Of a stretch of DNA of 64,000 nucleotides, positions 37,830-50,608 are shown one piece after another. The notes under the pieces were generated by a model. It ran no database searches, had not been told where the DNA came from, and saw nothing but the letters and a program-made list of their open reading frames with translations. Each line of letters begins with the position of its first letter. Position 1 is the stretch's first letter. The position numbers and the translations under genes were made by a program. Origin of the DNA: Rhizaria sp. SCN 62-66 (Eukaryota). The stretch spans positions 1 to 64,000 of the forward strand of contig MEDY01000038.1 in NCBI GenBank assembly GCA_001724265.1, written 5' to 3'.

Positions 37830-39980
37830 GTGCTCGTTTCGTGCATCGTTCTAGTCTTTTTTGCTGCTTTTTGTTTTGTTTTGTTGTTTTCGTCCTTATT
37901 TGTAAAGTATTTTCTTCTGCTCCTGCCTCGTTGTCTTTCTCTCTGTTTCCGGCGTGTTCGTTCGTTTGTTTCCGTATTTGTCTCTGTCTGTGTCTGCTCC
38001 GGCGTGACTCGAAGTGGCTGCGGTGCGAGTTGCGACTGTGTGACACACACACACACACACACACCGATTGACTTGACGTTGACTCGGACTGGAGCTCTTG
38101 TACTATCAGCAACAACCCCCTATTCCCAACATCGTCCACACATTCATTCTCCAACTCACAACACATAACCAACACACACACACACACACTCCAATACCTT
38201 TTGCGTTTTTTTCCTTATGTTTTGCTTTCCGTTGTCATCACTGATTGTCGTCGCTTTTCTTTCTTTTTCGCATCTCTTTCACTTATTGCCGCTGCTTTCT
38301 CGCTCTCTTCTCTCTATTTCGTTTTCATTTCTTATCACCACTTTCTCTCTTCTGTCTATTAAGAATATTGTACTGCAACTTCTGCAACACATCTAGTGCG
38401 TCTTTCTTTCCTCCACACACTGAGCTCGACCAACTCGCACGCGCGCCCCCCTACGCGCGTCTGTGCCGTTGCCGCGTGCGTGGCCTCCGTGTTCGTGACG
38501 TCGTGTGTTTTCTGTGTGTGTCTGCCAGTGTGTTTGAGTGCCTGTTTCTCCGTCTTGCTTGTCTTTATTTCAGTTTGTATTCTCTCTTTCTCGTTTCTCT
38601 CACGGCGTCAAAACCATTTCTCGTACAATTATCATCTTAATGTAACGTTGATAGCTTGGGCCACTGCTTATGAGTCGAACCTGTCTCTGTTGTCTCTCTG
38701 TGTTTGTGTCTGCGACTCCCATGGGTGCTTTCCGTGTCTGCCGATGTTTCTGTGTTATGCAAGTCATTAATTCGCATTTTCATCAATTTGCGTATTTGAC
38801 TAGAATTGTCATTACATGAACAAAAGCCACTCACCACCAATGCGCCCACAGCATGAGTAGACACACAGACTCATTTAGCACACTGCACGCACGCAGCACA
38901 GATTCAGCTTTAGGAAATCGCAGTGCTCGCCGTCAACAGTTCACAGTAACCATATCCACATCAACATCAACACCATGTAACCCCCCGACACAAATCGCAC
39001 TTCGTGTGCGCGCACCCTTTTGAGAGAGGTTGGCGGCTCATCTTTTCAGCAGTGATGGAGCCAGACAGAGAGACAGACACAGAGAGCTGTGATGCTAGCG
39101 AGCTTAATTCTAGCTATTGCTCAAAAGACAGACACGAACGGGCAACCGTCGTCGCTTAACCCTGACCACCACACACACACACGGACATACGCTACGCTCT
39201 CACGAAACCACGCTCCTCCTTCCGTCAAGCAACCCTTGTTCGGTGGGTGTAGTAAGTAGTCGCAAGCAATTCGTGCTGTTGTTGTCGTCGTTGTAGTTTT
39301 CTTTATTATGATCGTAAGGCTTATCGTATATATGCATTTCCCCTCTAGATCTGGGTCTGTATACTTCGTGTCTCTTTTTAGGTTTCTTCTCTCTCTTTAT
39401 TTTATTTTGTATTATCTTGTTTCGTCTTGTGCCATGTGTGTTTCGTTTCGTTCATGCCACTCTTAGTCGTTGTCGTCTTTCCTCGCGCAGCGAAGCGATA
39501 CCGACGGAGTGCTGTGTCTCGTCTCCACATTGGCTCGCACGTCCACGTCTCAACATATCTATGCTGTTATTAGTAGCTTCAGTATCACCACGCACACCTT
39601 CCCACGCCACACCGTTGCCGTTGTTGCTTCGCCGGGCTGGAAGCTGTGTGTTGTGTTGTGTTCTCGTTTCGTTTCGTTTCGTTTCGTTATCGTATCGTTA
39701 TCGTGTGTTTTTCATCGCAAGTTCTTCTTCTTCTTTTTTATTTTGTTTTTCACTTCCCTACCTGTCGCGCGCCGTCCTGGTGCTGCGCTGCGGTATTGGG
39801 TTGTGCTGTGCTGTGTTGACTTGAACGCGGACAGGCGGGCTGGGAGGGCGAGTGTGAGAGCGCAAGTAAGTGTGCTGTCCACTATTCCCATCTCGAGGTC
39901 TCCTCCGTGCGCGGGACACACTCACTGACGCACAGGCGCAGACACACACACGCACGCGCACTCGCACGCGCGCACACGGC
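37830..39980. repeat. Low-complexity region downstream of CELF with (CA)n, (TG)n, TTTG and (GTTTC)n tracts
   Basis: (CA)n near 38043-38063 and 38172-38189, gtttc repeats near 39666-39686; no credible ORF. Confidence 0.7.
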
Positions 39981-40418
39981 GCTGGGGTTGATAAACTAAA
40001 TCAATATAAATAAATCTTGTCTCTTTCGAACTAAGCAACACCACAGAGCAACTTGAACAATCAACTTAAAGTCTCATGCTAGCATAGCACTGTACATTTG
40101 TACGTAGATAACAATACTCATGTCACGAGCTTGACCAAACATCACAATCTCTCGATCTTGGTCCCTAAGAGAAATACGTCTGATGTTGCATGTTGGATGC
40201 GACCGTGCACAAGCACCGTGACTGTGGACCTCGACCCAACTTGAAGTCGATTGCGCATCAACTTTTGGAAGCTCTTCAAGTCAAATTAAGTCGTTTAAAC
40301 AAAATGATCTTAATTAGATCAGAACATAAATAGACCTGTTTATATAAATCTTGTTATGAAATCCTCTTTCACTTATTATTTGGACCGTGCCAACTTGTTT
40401 TAGAAAGACGGGTCTCGG

Positions 40419-42468
40419 ATGTCAACATCTACATCGCCTACACCGCGCCTCATCTCACGCACCGAGGTCGCCTCACACAACACCCCAACTAGCTGCTGGG
40501 TCATCCTCTTTGGTAAAGTGTTTAACTTGACGTCTTTTGCCGCGATTCACCCCGCCGGTGCTGCACTCATCCACGACCGCGCAGGCACGGACGTGAGCGC
40601 AGACTTCGCCCGCTTCCACGGCGCCGCCACGCTCGAAAAGTACGCCAAGACGCTCTGCATTGGTCACCTCGCACCGGACCCGGCTCCCACCGGCGCCGCG
40701 GGCGGGCTGTTTGCGGGCTCAAAGCCGCGCCGTAGCAGCGGCAGAGGCAGTGGTGGCAGCGGCGAGAGGGACACGCGTCTGATCCCCATGTCTGTGTCAC
40801 TGCCGTACACCGACCCGAACTACATGCAGGGCTGGGTGTCGCCGTACTACAACGACACGCACGTGCTCTTCCGTAAGCACATCCGCGCCTTCATGGACGA
40901 GCACATCGCGCCCTACTGCCGGCTCTGGGAGGAAGCAGGCGCCGTCCCGCGCGAGGTCATCATCAAGTGCGCCGAGCAGGGCCTGCTGCCGCTGGTCTGC
41001 GGGTTGCCATGGCCGGTGGACTACGTCAGCGACAAGATCGAGCGCGATGGCGTTGAGTACACGTCGGAGCAGCTGGACATGTTCCACGAGCTCATCATGA
41101 TCGACGAGTCTGCGCGCGTGGGCTCCGCAGGCGTCCTCTGGGCCATCTCCGGCGGACTCTCCATCGGGCTCCCGCCCGTCGTGCACTTCGGCAGCGAGGA
41201 GATGAAGCGCCGCGTGCTCAAGCCCTGTCTGACCGGTCAAAAAGGGATCTGTCTTGCCATCACTGAAGCAAGCGGCGGCAGCGACGTGGCGCATCTCGAG
41301 TGTCGGGCGGTCAAGTCCGACTGCGGGACCTATTACACCGTTAACGGGCACAAGAAGTGGATCACGGCCGGCACGACCGCGGACTACTTCACCACGGCCG
41401 TGCGCACGGGCGACGACGAGTCGGGCGCGCTGGGCGTCTCGCTGCTCCTCATCGAGCGGAGCTTTCCGGGTGTTAAGACAACCCCAGTCAAGGTTTGTCA
41501 CTTAAAGTGGGCGTCACAAAAAGTTTTGTTGTTTTTCAACCTGAAATCAAAATCACATTGTATTTTATGATACATGTAATGCCAATGAAATAATGATGAT
41601 GTGTCGATTCTGTAATGACATTGCAAATTGACATGATGTTCACACCACATGATATTTATCATCGATTGCTTTTCGCTTCAGTGCTCGGGCGTTCTCTCTA
41701 GCGGCACTGCGTACGTCACATTTGAAAACGTGCGCGTGCCGGCTGAGAATCTCATCGGTGAAGAGGGCATGGGGTTTCTCTATGTCGTCCGCAACTTCAA
41801 CCACGAGCGCTGGGCTATCACCGTGCAATCGCTCCGGTTTGCGCGCGTGTGCATCGAGGACGCGCTGCGCTGGGCACTCAAGCGGCGCACGTTTGGCAAG
41901 GAGCTGATTAAGCACGCCGTTATCCGCGCCAAGTTCGCGGATATGATCCGGCAGGTGGAGGCGACGCAGGCGTGGCTGGAGCAAGTGACGCACCAGCTCA
42001 ACACGTTGCCGTTCGAAAAGCAAGGCAAGCTGGCCGGCTCCATCGCGCTGCTTAAGGCGCACTCGTCGCGCGTGTTTGAGCTGTGCGCGCGTGAGGCGCA
42101 ACAGATTCTTGGTGGCGCGGGCTACACGCGCGGGGGACAGGTGCGTTTTTATCAATTCACAGCGATGTTTAGGAAAACGTAGTTTCAATTGGGATTTTAT
42201 TGGATCCATGTTATTGTATTATAACGGATGTGATCTATCTATGTACATGTATATATGGGGTTTGTATGCCAAGTCGCTAAAATATTACTCACACCCTTTG
42301 ACCGTAGTCCTTTCGTTGTGTTGTTTTTGCTGAACGTCACTCACACAGGGAGAACGCGTGGAGCGCCTGGCCCGGGACGTCCGTGCGTTTTGCGTGCCAG
42401 GAGGTAGCACCGAAATTATGGAAGATCTGGCTATTCGTCAGCTCGCAATGCGTGCCGCAAAGCTCTAA
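40419..42468 (+). CDS. Cytochrome b5-fused acyl-CoA dehydrogenase, probably peroxisomal; exons 40419-41492, 41682-42140, 42349-42468; TAA stop
   Basis: EVASHNT..SCWVI..HPAG (cyt b5), CLAITEASGGSD, VNGHKKWIT, NFNHER, QILGGAGYTRGG, PGGSTEIM; ends in -AKL (PTS1-like). Confidence 0.92.
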
Positions 42469-42980
42469 GGCAAGTTACGCGGCGTGACTGTCTTAAAAGT
42501 CTCAAGTACACGATGTCATGTGCACAACGTGTATATTGAGTAAAGTTGACTTCAGTTATAAATTGACCACACGCGTTGTATTATTATCCTTTGGATATAT
42601 CTTCGTTTTGTCTTCTTGAGACAAGTACGCGATCCTGTGAATATCAGTCACACGAGGCTCTTTGAGGTACGCAATGTTAGAGAAAAGCAGAAACCAAATA
42701 ATAAATGCTGTACAATCACAGATTAACAAAAACAACGACTTAGTTAAAGCCGACAGCCATTATGAGGTTCGCAGGGCATGAATTTTGTTGATGAACCACA
42801 TTCTTGCTCAAGATAGTTATCCCCACGCTGTGCCACATCGAAGATTATAAACTTCTAAGATGGATTTTTTAGCGTGGCAATTAAAAATCTGGATGCTGCA
42901 CAGTCTACACTGTTGAGATGTCTTCATACGTACTCGCAGGGTGATTACGTATGTGAGTTAGAGACTCTTTGTTGGAACAC

Positions 42981-45314
42981 TCACCAATACGACGTGCCCA
43001 TTTTCACACTATAATCAAACGGCCTGGACACGAATTTGGCCAAACGACGGCACACTATTGCAACGTTACGACATGTCGCTATGTCTTTGAGCACATCAAA
43101 GGCCATCGGTGAAGTCACACGACATGAAAACTCTACCTCATTTTCAACTTCGTGTCCGCTCGTGACCAGCGTTGAACAGCCGAGAAAGCTGCGGGAGATG
43201 AACAGGTTTGCGTCTAGCACAACCATATTCTCATCACAACACTTGTCACGGGTACTGTTGCTACGTGCGGGCATGTCAATGTCAATGTCAACATCAATTT
43301 CACAGCTCGCGTCGCAGTTTAGAGAATCTTCGCAGATGGTTGCCGGAGATGTGATGATTATCTTGTTCTGATGCGTTAACATAAAGCCAGGAACAAGGCA
43401 ATCCAAGAGATGGAAGTGACTCATTGTCATATTATGAGTGATAGCCGCAAATCGCTTGGCATCAAAAACATGATCATATCCACCTACATTGCTTGAGTAT
43501 ACGTATTCTTTGTCACTGTTTGGGTTGTTGCTGAGCAGCTTCCACAGAAGCATACGTAAATGTCCACTCACCTTCGAGTAGTACTCACTTACTGCCGTTG
43601 CAAAGCAATCATGTTGAGACGGAACAATGCAGTCTTCAGGGTTGTAGCCTAGGTCTTTGATCATGATCGGCAGAGCCTCTTGAATCTCGTCCTCATTCCA
43701 CATGCTAGTGTAGCGAAAACCACAGCGACCAGTCTTGCCTTTTTGATAGACTCCTGCGTAGTTGTTAAGGTCGGGGGTTGATGCCATAACAAAGAAGGCA
43801 TGACCGTCATCTTGATAGCAGTGATTTTCCGGGCCGTTCTCTCCAGGATCATAGAGATAGAGAGTTGCATCCTCCCAAAGGAGGTTCTTAAACTCGGTTG
43901 AGCCTGCTTGAACAAACCTCGCGTTGCCGTCAGGGAGCAGCACAAGAGCAATGTCCTCCATACTGCAGTGGCAGAGAACCGTTACGCCGTCTTTTTTCGC
44001 CGCGAGTTGCACCAGATAGTTGAGCGCCGCCGTTTTCCCAGTGCCAGAGGGACCGCTCAGGATAGTTGCTATGCCATTTGACCGCGCCGATGAACACTCG
44101 CTAAACCGCGACATTACGTAGTCGTAGAGAGGAAGGTGTGAGCGCCGGATGATGAGCGTGTTCCAGTCAGCGTCTGTGCCCGTGAAGAACCAACGCGCAT
44201 CGTCAGGCACAGAAGTCACGAGCACGTGCGCCAGCACGGTCATCTTTACGTACATGTGCGCGTTGTCACTTTTGAGGTACTTCCACAGTTTTGCTTGGGC
44301 CATCAACTTTGGCATCATGTGTTCTTTGTCTAAAGCAATACTTTTGGCAATCCCGTGCGTTGCCCTGTCCCGTTTATACTCTGAGTAGGCAATTTGACGT
44401 TTCGCCTCGGCATGCCGAGCTTTGGCATTGTTGAGCTCAGTATCCGCATCCGACAGCCCAAGCTCAAACTTCTCGAGTAAAGCCTTCACTAGCCCCAGCC
44501 GATAGTCGTAGCCCGCGGTTTTAGCCAGTGATGCTCTCGGGTCACGCACAAGCTGAGCGTACCTCTGATCCGCGGATGCATCGTTTCGAATGTACTAGAG
44601 CCTCCTAATGTTGCGTTCAGCCTGCGCATGTTCGAGCCTGCTAAACGCCAAAGAGAATTTATGCCGCGTCATCCTGAACTTAGCAGCGGCTTTAATGAGT
44701 GCAATCGATACCGCAGCACGCCTAGTCCGAGCCGCAGTCAGCTGCTTTTCCGCACCATCAACTCCGTTGACGACAGCAGTTTTTGCATCAACTACGTCAC
44801 TCTTTGCATTTTGCAAGCTATCGTAATGCTTTGCGCGCATAAGCTTTGCGACAGCCATGTTGAAACAAGCCTCAGCTTGAATGTAGTCGGCCTTCATAAC
44901 TCGTGCGTCCTGAGAGTATCGGTCACTTTGCAAGCGGATAATGACGGCCTTCAATTTACGGAGAAGCTAGTCTTTGGCCGAGGCAACTAAGAGCCTAAGA
45001 CATTTCACATCTTTGGCCCTATTATTCCATTCACCGTCGCTGCTTTCATCGTCGTCGCTAAAGTAAGTGTCTTTGGTGCAGGTGTCGTCATCGTCACTGG
45101 ACAAAGATGTGAGGGTCTCCGTGTCATTGGGCTGCTGCTCAATATCATCATCTTCTTCTCCTTCTTCCCCTTCTTCGTTGTTGTTGTCGACGCTACTGTA
45201 TTGCGGACATGAGACTGCCAGATTGGAGAGCTTTGTTGTGGGCACAACATTAGTTGAAACACTTTCTGGAGTGCTGTTGCGGTGAGCTGCACGAGGACTC
45301 AGACGGAGAGCCAT
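42981..45314 (-). CDS. Crinkler/RHS-like P-loop NTPase with N-terminal acidic and coiled-coil regions, intronless, about 778 codons; two in-frame TAGs (44969-44967, 44597-44595); TGA stop
   Basis: Walker A 'ILSGPSGTGKT', 'LYLYDP', 'MASTPD' and 'WNEDEI' segments typical of CR-NTPases; three ORF-track ORFs in one frame joined only by TAGs. Confidence 0.65.
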
Positions 45315-46259
45315 CGTCTGCTGTGACGCAAATGAGATTGTTCCAAAGGGAGAATCAAAACAAAATTGAAAGTTGGCGCATAGACGTGAGAAAATGAGTG
45401 GGGGAAACAAGTTCAAGGACAGTGGGCGGCAACGCAGAATGAACTAAGATCACAAGCGGAGTGAGTTTTGCAAAGAGCCAATTGCGAATGTCGTTGATTC
45501 AAGAAACAGGGTAAAAGCATGAAGTAACTTTTCTTCATCGAAATCATCTTTTGTTATTGAACGCCATTTCGTAGTTTGGGGTTACTGGAGCACAAACGCA
45601 CGGGAGGGTACAACTGGGAGAGGCAACGCGTGGATTGCGAGCTAGATGAAATCAAACGTACATCATCTGTTTCTTGTTTGTTGTTTGCCCCGTGCTTGGA
45701 CAGCATAGCACACAAACTATAAAATAGAAAAAGCAGCATGGCAAGTCCGATGGGTCAATTTGTAAGCGTTATGAGGCCAACTAGATTGAGTGCTGGGAGG
45801 TGGTGCCAAGTCGACCCACGCGTGGCCACTTTGGAACGTCACAATGCAGGGGGGATACGCTTTGCACCAAAAAGAGAAATTGTAGACGAAATAACATGAT
45901 GTAATAAAGCAAACAACAAAGCCCCGCTTAAGTTTAAGGTTCTTGATTGTCCTGAAAGCACGACGAGTAAATCCACGGCCTTGGGGCTTATGGGTGAGTG
46001 ACTGTGAGCACCCATGACCATGGTGACTGTGAGCACAGCTGCTCACCGGCCAAGAGGGATGGTTGCAGTTAATAGGCATAGCTTCTTCAGTCATGATCAA
46101 AACACAAAGCTAACTTTATACTTTGCAAGATCTTATCTTCACTTTCACCCCCTTTTGCACAGCACCGCTCAAGTCTTCGTTCTGTTGGGATCTCACTTGA
46201 AGAACTGACCGCACATTCAGTCGGACGAAGCAGTCGCTGTGCCCGCATCCGCCGACTCG

Positions 46260-49200
46260 ATGCCACTGACTGAGATGCGCATGGCCAAGCTACGCCGCGA
46301 CTAGTAGACCCCTGAGCCCGTGATCTACGAGGCCGACAAGGGCGTCGAGCTTCCCTTGCATCGCGTGTGGCTTCTATGCTGTTTCATGGCTCTAGGCGGT
46401 TTTCAAGTTGGTCTCGTACGTTCTCTTGCTTTGTTCTCGCACTTCTGACTTTTTAGTCCCACGCGGCACAAACTTACAGAAAATAGTATGTACTCACACG
46501 TATGTAAGTCTATCCCTACATTGTTTTCCCCCACAACAGTCTCTAGGTTTGTTTAATGGCGTGCAGCTGAACAACAGTTTCCTGCGTGACTTTTGCATCA
46601 ACGATAGCGCTTACAACGGAGGCTACGGCTCACCTGCCGCTTGTGACGCCTCAGTCAAGCTTAGTGACCAGCCCTCCGCCTATGTTCTCTTTAAGTCCCT
46701 TGTTTCCGCGCTCCTCTCGATTGGCTGCGCGCTTGGCGCGATGATTCTGGCGCCCCCCGTAGCCGACAAGCTCGGCCGCTGCCGCACTATCTCACTCGGC
46801 GCCTTCATCTCCCTCGTCGGCCTTGCGTTTACAGTCTCCGCACACTCCCGCGCCGCGCTGCTGGCGGGCCGCGCCGTGGAGGGTTTTGGCCTGGGTGTCG
46901 TCGCCTTCGCGTGCCCCATCTACATCGCGGAGATCGCGCCCCCCGCGCACCGCGGCCGCATGGGCTCGCTCATGCAAATGGCCTGCGTGCTGGGCCTCGC
47001 CGTTGCGCTCGCGCTCTCTCTCACGCCGCTTGGCTGGCGGCTGGTGCTGGGCGCCACGGCCATCCCGGCGGTGCTGTTGCTGTGTGGGACGTGGCTCATC
47101 CCGGACTCGGCGCCGCTCGCACTGGCGCGGCACCAACGATGGGAAGCAGCGGCCACGCGCGCGGCCGCCGCCGAGGCGACCGTCGCGCTGGCCCAAGCTG
47201 CGGTGGATGCGGAGGCTAGCGCTGCAGCCGCGACGGCCGCAACAGTCGCCGCCGTCGCAACAGGAGAAGCATGGCAAGCAGGCGGTGTGAAGGGTCTTTC
47301 AACATCGACGGATGCCTTTGGTACTGGTGCTGACAACACTGCTGCTGCTGGCGTAGGCGGCATCAATTTCGGCGAGTGTGACCAGGCAGCAGTCGTTGAC
47401 CGGGCTCTAAGGCAGGCCGCTGGTGCAAGGCGGGACGCGGCAAAGGCTGCCGTCGCGCGCGCAAAGCAAGGACTTGAGCCTATACATCCAAACGTGGCAC
47501 AGCGCGTGCAACAACAACGTTAGCAACAGCAGCAGCAGCGCGGCTGCGTTGAGTGTCACAGGCTCGGTTTGCGCCAAGATCGCCATCGCATGGGTGACGG
47601 GCTACTCGACGAAGACGAGGAGCAAGGAGGCTTCGGCAGCAGCAGTAGCTCTAGCATTGGCATTAGCAGTGATGCGCACGCTACTCCACGCGCTGCCGGC
47701 ATGCACAGCACCGATCACAGTGATTTGCTGCGCACTCACAGTGCTCCGCGTGACATCACGAGCGCGAGCAGCGCCGTGTGCCACTGCGGAGGGCAGCCAG
47801 CCCACTATCACGCGAGTCAAGACAATGCTGCGATGAACAACGTGGATAACACTGGATCTACCGCTGCTGGGTTTTGCGCAGCCCACCATCACCTGGCTCA
47901 AAGCTACAGCGCGCTGCGTCCTCTCGCAAGCAATATCACTGACGCGCAGGACCGTATACGCTTTGCTGCCGCTCACGATCACGGACACTACCCCTGTTAG
48001 CCTGCAACGGCGGCCGCGTTTGCTAGAGAGGCCGCCGTGGCCAAGGCCGAGGCGGCAGCCACGGTGGCGGAGCCGGCGGACGAGGGCGCGGTGGCGAGGG
48101 CGACCATGTGGAGTGGGCTTGAGTTCGCGCCGTCGGCCCCGACAGAAGAGCAGTTGCGCGTGCTGACCGGAGAGGAAATCGGCGGGGTGTCGCCGTACTC
48201 GGAGCTGGAGTCCTAGCCGGAGTCGCAGTCGAACTCGGGCTCAACCTCGGAGACAGAGGCGACTGAGTCAGAGTCGGACAAAGAGAGTGGTTCCAGCAAG
48301 AAAAAGGTGCCGATGGCCACGGACGGGAAAGGGAACGGCAGCCGTGCAACCGTTGGAGATGCACATGCACCCGCTGTCACAGCAACTTCAGCTAAAGCGC
48401 CTGCAGCAACTGTTGCAAGGCCCGTAACGAGTGCTATCGTGCCCACAATCTCCGTGACGGCGCCTGCAGTCAGTAGTGCTGGCGCCCAGAGTCATTATGC
48501 GAGCAGTCACGAAGGCAAGTACGACGACATTGATGATGATGTGCAAAACAAGATGAAGAACAAGAGCGTTCTCTCTGGAGCACGTCCAACCGGCAGCGGG
48601 GGCGCTAACGCAAGTGTTCCCGGCAGCAGTCTCAGCACTCAGGGGTCCACTCTTAGTACGTATGCTGCGGAGGCCAGGGGGAAGAAGCAGCAACAACGAC
48701 AGCAGGATAAGACTGCTCATGATCACGCAGGCACAGACACTGTTACAACAACGACGACAGCGGAGCCCACAGCAGCAGACTTAACTCAGTCGTTGCCGCG
48801 AGCGTTCACGGTCGCAAAGCGCGACAACACAAGTGCAAACAACGCGGCCAGCACACAGATTGCAGCGTCCGCGGCTGGCCCATCTCCTAATGCAGACGCA
48901 GATAAATCCGCGAGGAAGCTTGTTTCAGATGCTGTTGCCACTACAGACACAGTTGATGCCAGCGCCTCCGTCACTGCTGGCATGGGTAGCGCCGCAGATG
49001 GCGCTGGCACTGGCACCGCAGATGGCGCTGTGCTGTCTATGACGAAAAGTGAGCCGCCGACTCTATGCGGTCCTACCCAGTCAGCCTCGTCGCCAGCAGC
49101 GTCAAGAACTCCGCCACCGCTGTCATCGTCGTCATCGTCGCTGACACCGGTACAAGCGGACCGTAACACGACTGGCACAAGCGCATACGCAGGTGCGCCC

Positions 49201-50608
49201 GTGTCAGCGGCTGCTCTCGCAGCGACCACTGCCGCAACGGCGTCCGCGCATGCGGACGCGGAAATCAACGCCACAAAGGGTGACGCAAGCGCAACTCCAG
49301 CGGACACTGTCACGGACACAGAAGTTGATGCGCACACAGCTGCAGACGCGAGCGGCGCGGCGACGAAGCGGAAGAGTAGGACGAAGTCAAAGCGCAAGAC
49401 TCCGCCGTTGCTGCTCCCGGTTGCGGCGCCACTGATTGCTGCAGCTCGCCGCAGCCGAAGTCATAGTCGCAGTCGCGACAAGAGCCATGATCACTCGCAC
49501 GGACACAGCCGCAACCATAGTCACAACGCCGCCGTCGCTGGTTCCGCTGCTGCCATCACAGACCGGCCCGGCTCCGGGACGCTGCTGCTGCAGATTCTGC
49601 GCTCAGAACCGCTGCGCCGGCGACTGATTGTTGCATGCTTCCTGCAGTGGCTGCAGCAGCTGACCGGCATCAATGCGTTTATGGCATATTCCGCGACGAT
49701 ATTCGAGGATGCAGGCGTGTCATCGTCTCTGCTTGCTGCGACAATTCTCATGATTCTAAACATCATCGGGACTATTGCAGGCATCTCGCTCATTGACCGT
49801 CTGGGCCGCAAAGTGCTGCTTTCGACCGGTTCTGTCGCGATGACGGTCGCCCTGGTCACGGCTGCGGCGATGCTCGTGGCTGCGGGCGGCAAGGGCGTCG
49901 CGGGCTCGGCAGGCGTCGCAGTCGTCGTCATGTGCTCGCTGTTTATCTTCGCGTTTGCGATTGGCTGGGGGTACGTTTGCCATACTTGATTGTAGCATCT
50001 TATGCGAAACATGTATCTTGACGAATCTACGCGACACCGAGGTCGCGTCATCACTAGTGTCACTAATTTTATGACTCGATTTGAACGCGGTGACTCACCA
50101 TCAAAGTTATATTATGCACTTGGATTGTTCATAAACTTATAAAACGCGTAGCCCCGTGCCGTGGGTAATCCCAAGCGAGATCTTCCCGCAGCGCTACCGC
50201 GCCGTGGGTGTGACGACTGCAATCGCGAACCAGTGGGTCGCGTCATGCGTCGTCATCTTCACGACGCCGCTGCTGATTGCCGCGCTCGGCATCGGCGCCG
50301 TGCTCTTCATCTACGCCGCGCTGTCGCTGCTCGGGCTCGCGTTCGTGCTGCTGCTGGTGCCAGAGACCAACGGCGTAGGCATCGACACGCCCGAGATGGA
50401 CGCGCTGTTCAACAAGAAGCGGCGGCTATACCACCAGAGCAGCGAGAGCAGCAAAGAGACGCCGCTGGCGCTGGCGTATAACGCGGGCGCGGAGAGCGAA
50501 GGCGAAGATGGGCAGGCGGAGTTGAGGGATCTGCGAAATGCAGAGATTGAGCTTGAGCTCGAGGATAAGGAGGCTGATGCGGCTGCGGCTGGCGTGCGAG
50601 CGCGATGA
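46260..50608 (+). CDS. MFS sugar porter (about 1347 aa) with a giant central loop; exons 46260-46415, 46540-49970, 50152-50608; five in-frame TAGs; TGA stop
   Basis: TM1 ALGGFQVGL/SLG, ADKLGR, PIYIAEIAPPAHRG, QQLTGINA, IDRLGRK, GWGPVPW, SEIFP and PETNG motifs. Confidence 0.92.

Noticed and set aside
37311-40400. Short ORFs, tRNA or other ncRNA (including a suppressor tRNA-CUA) in the long intergenic regions
   Set aside because: The ORFs are low-complexity translations of microsatellite-like DNA. I could not recognise a cloverleaf or snRNA by eye; tRNAscan-SE or Infernal would be needed.
46302-48216. Pyrrolysine, selenocysteine-like recoding or A-to-I editing (UAG to Trp) as the explanation
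   Set aside because: The TAGs fall in disordered or Gln-rich linkers, not at catalytic or Trp-like positions. No pyl genes are present, and Sec uses UGA. Editing is not formally excluded without RNA data.
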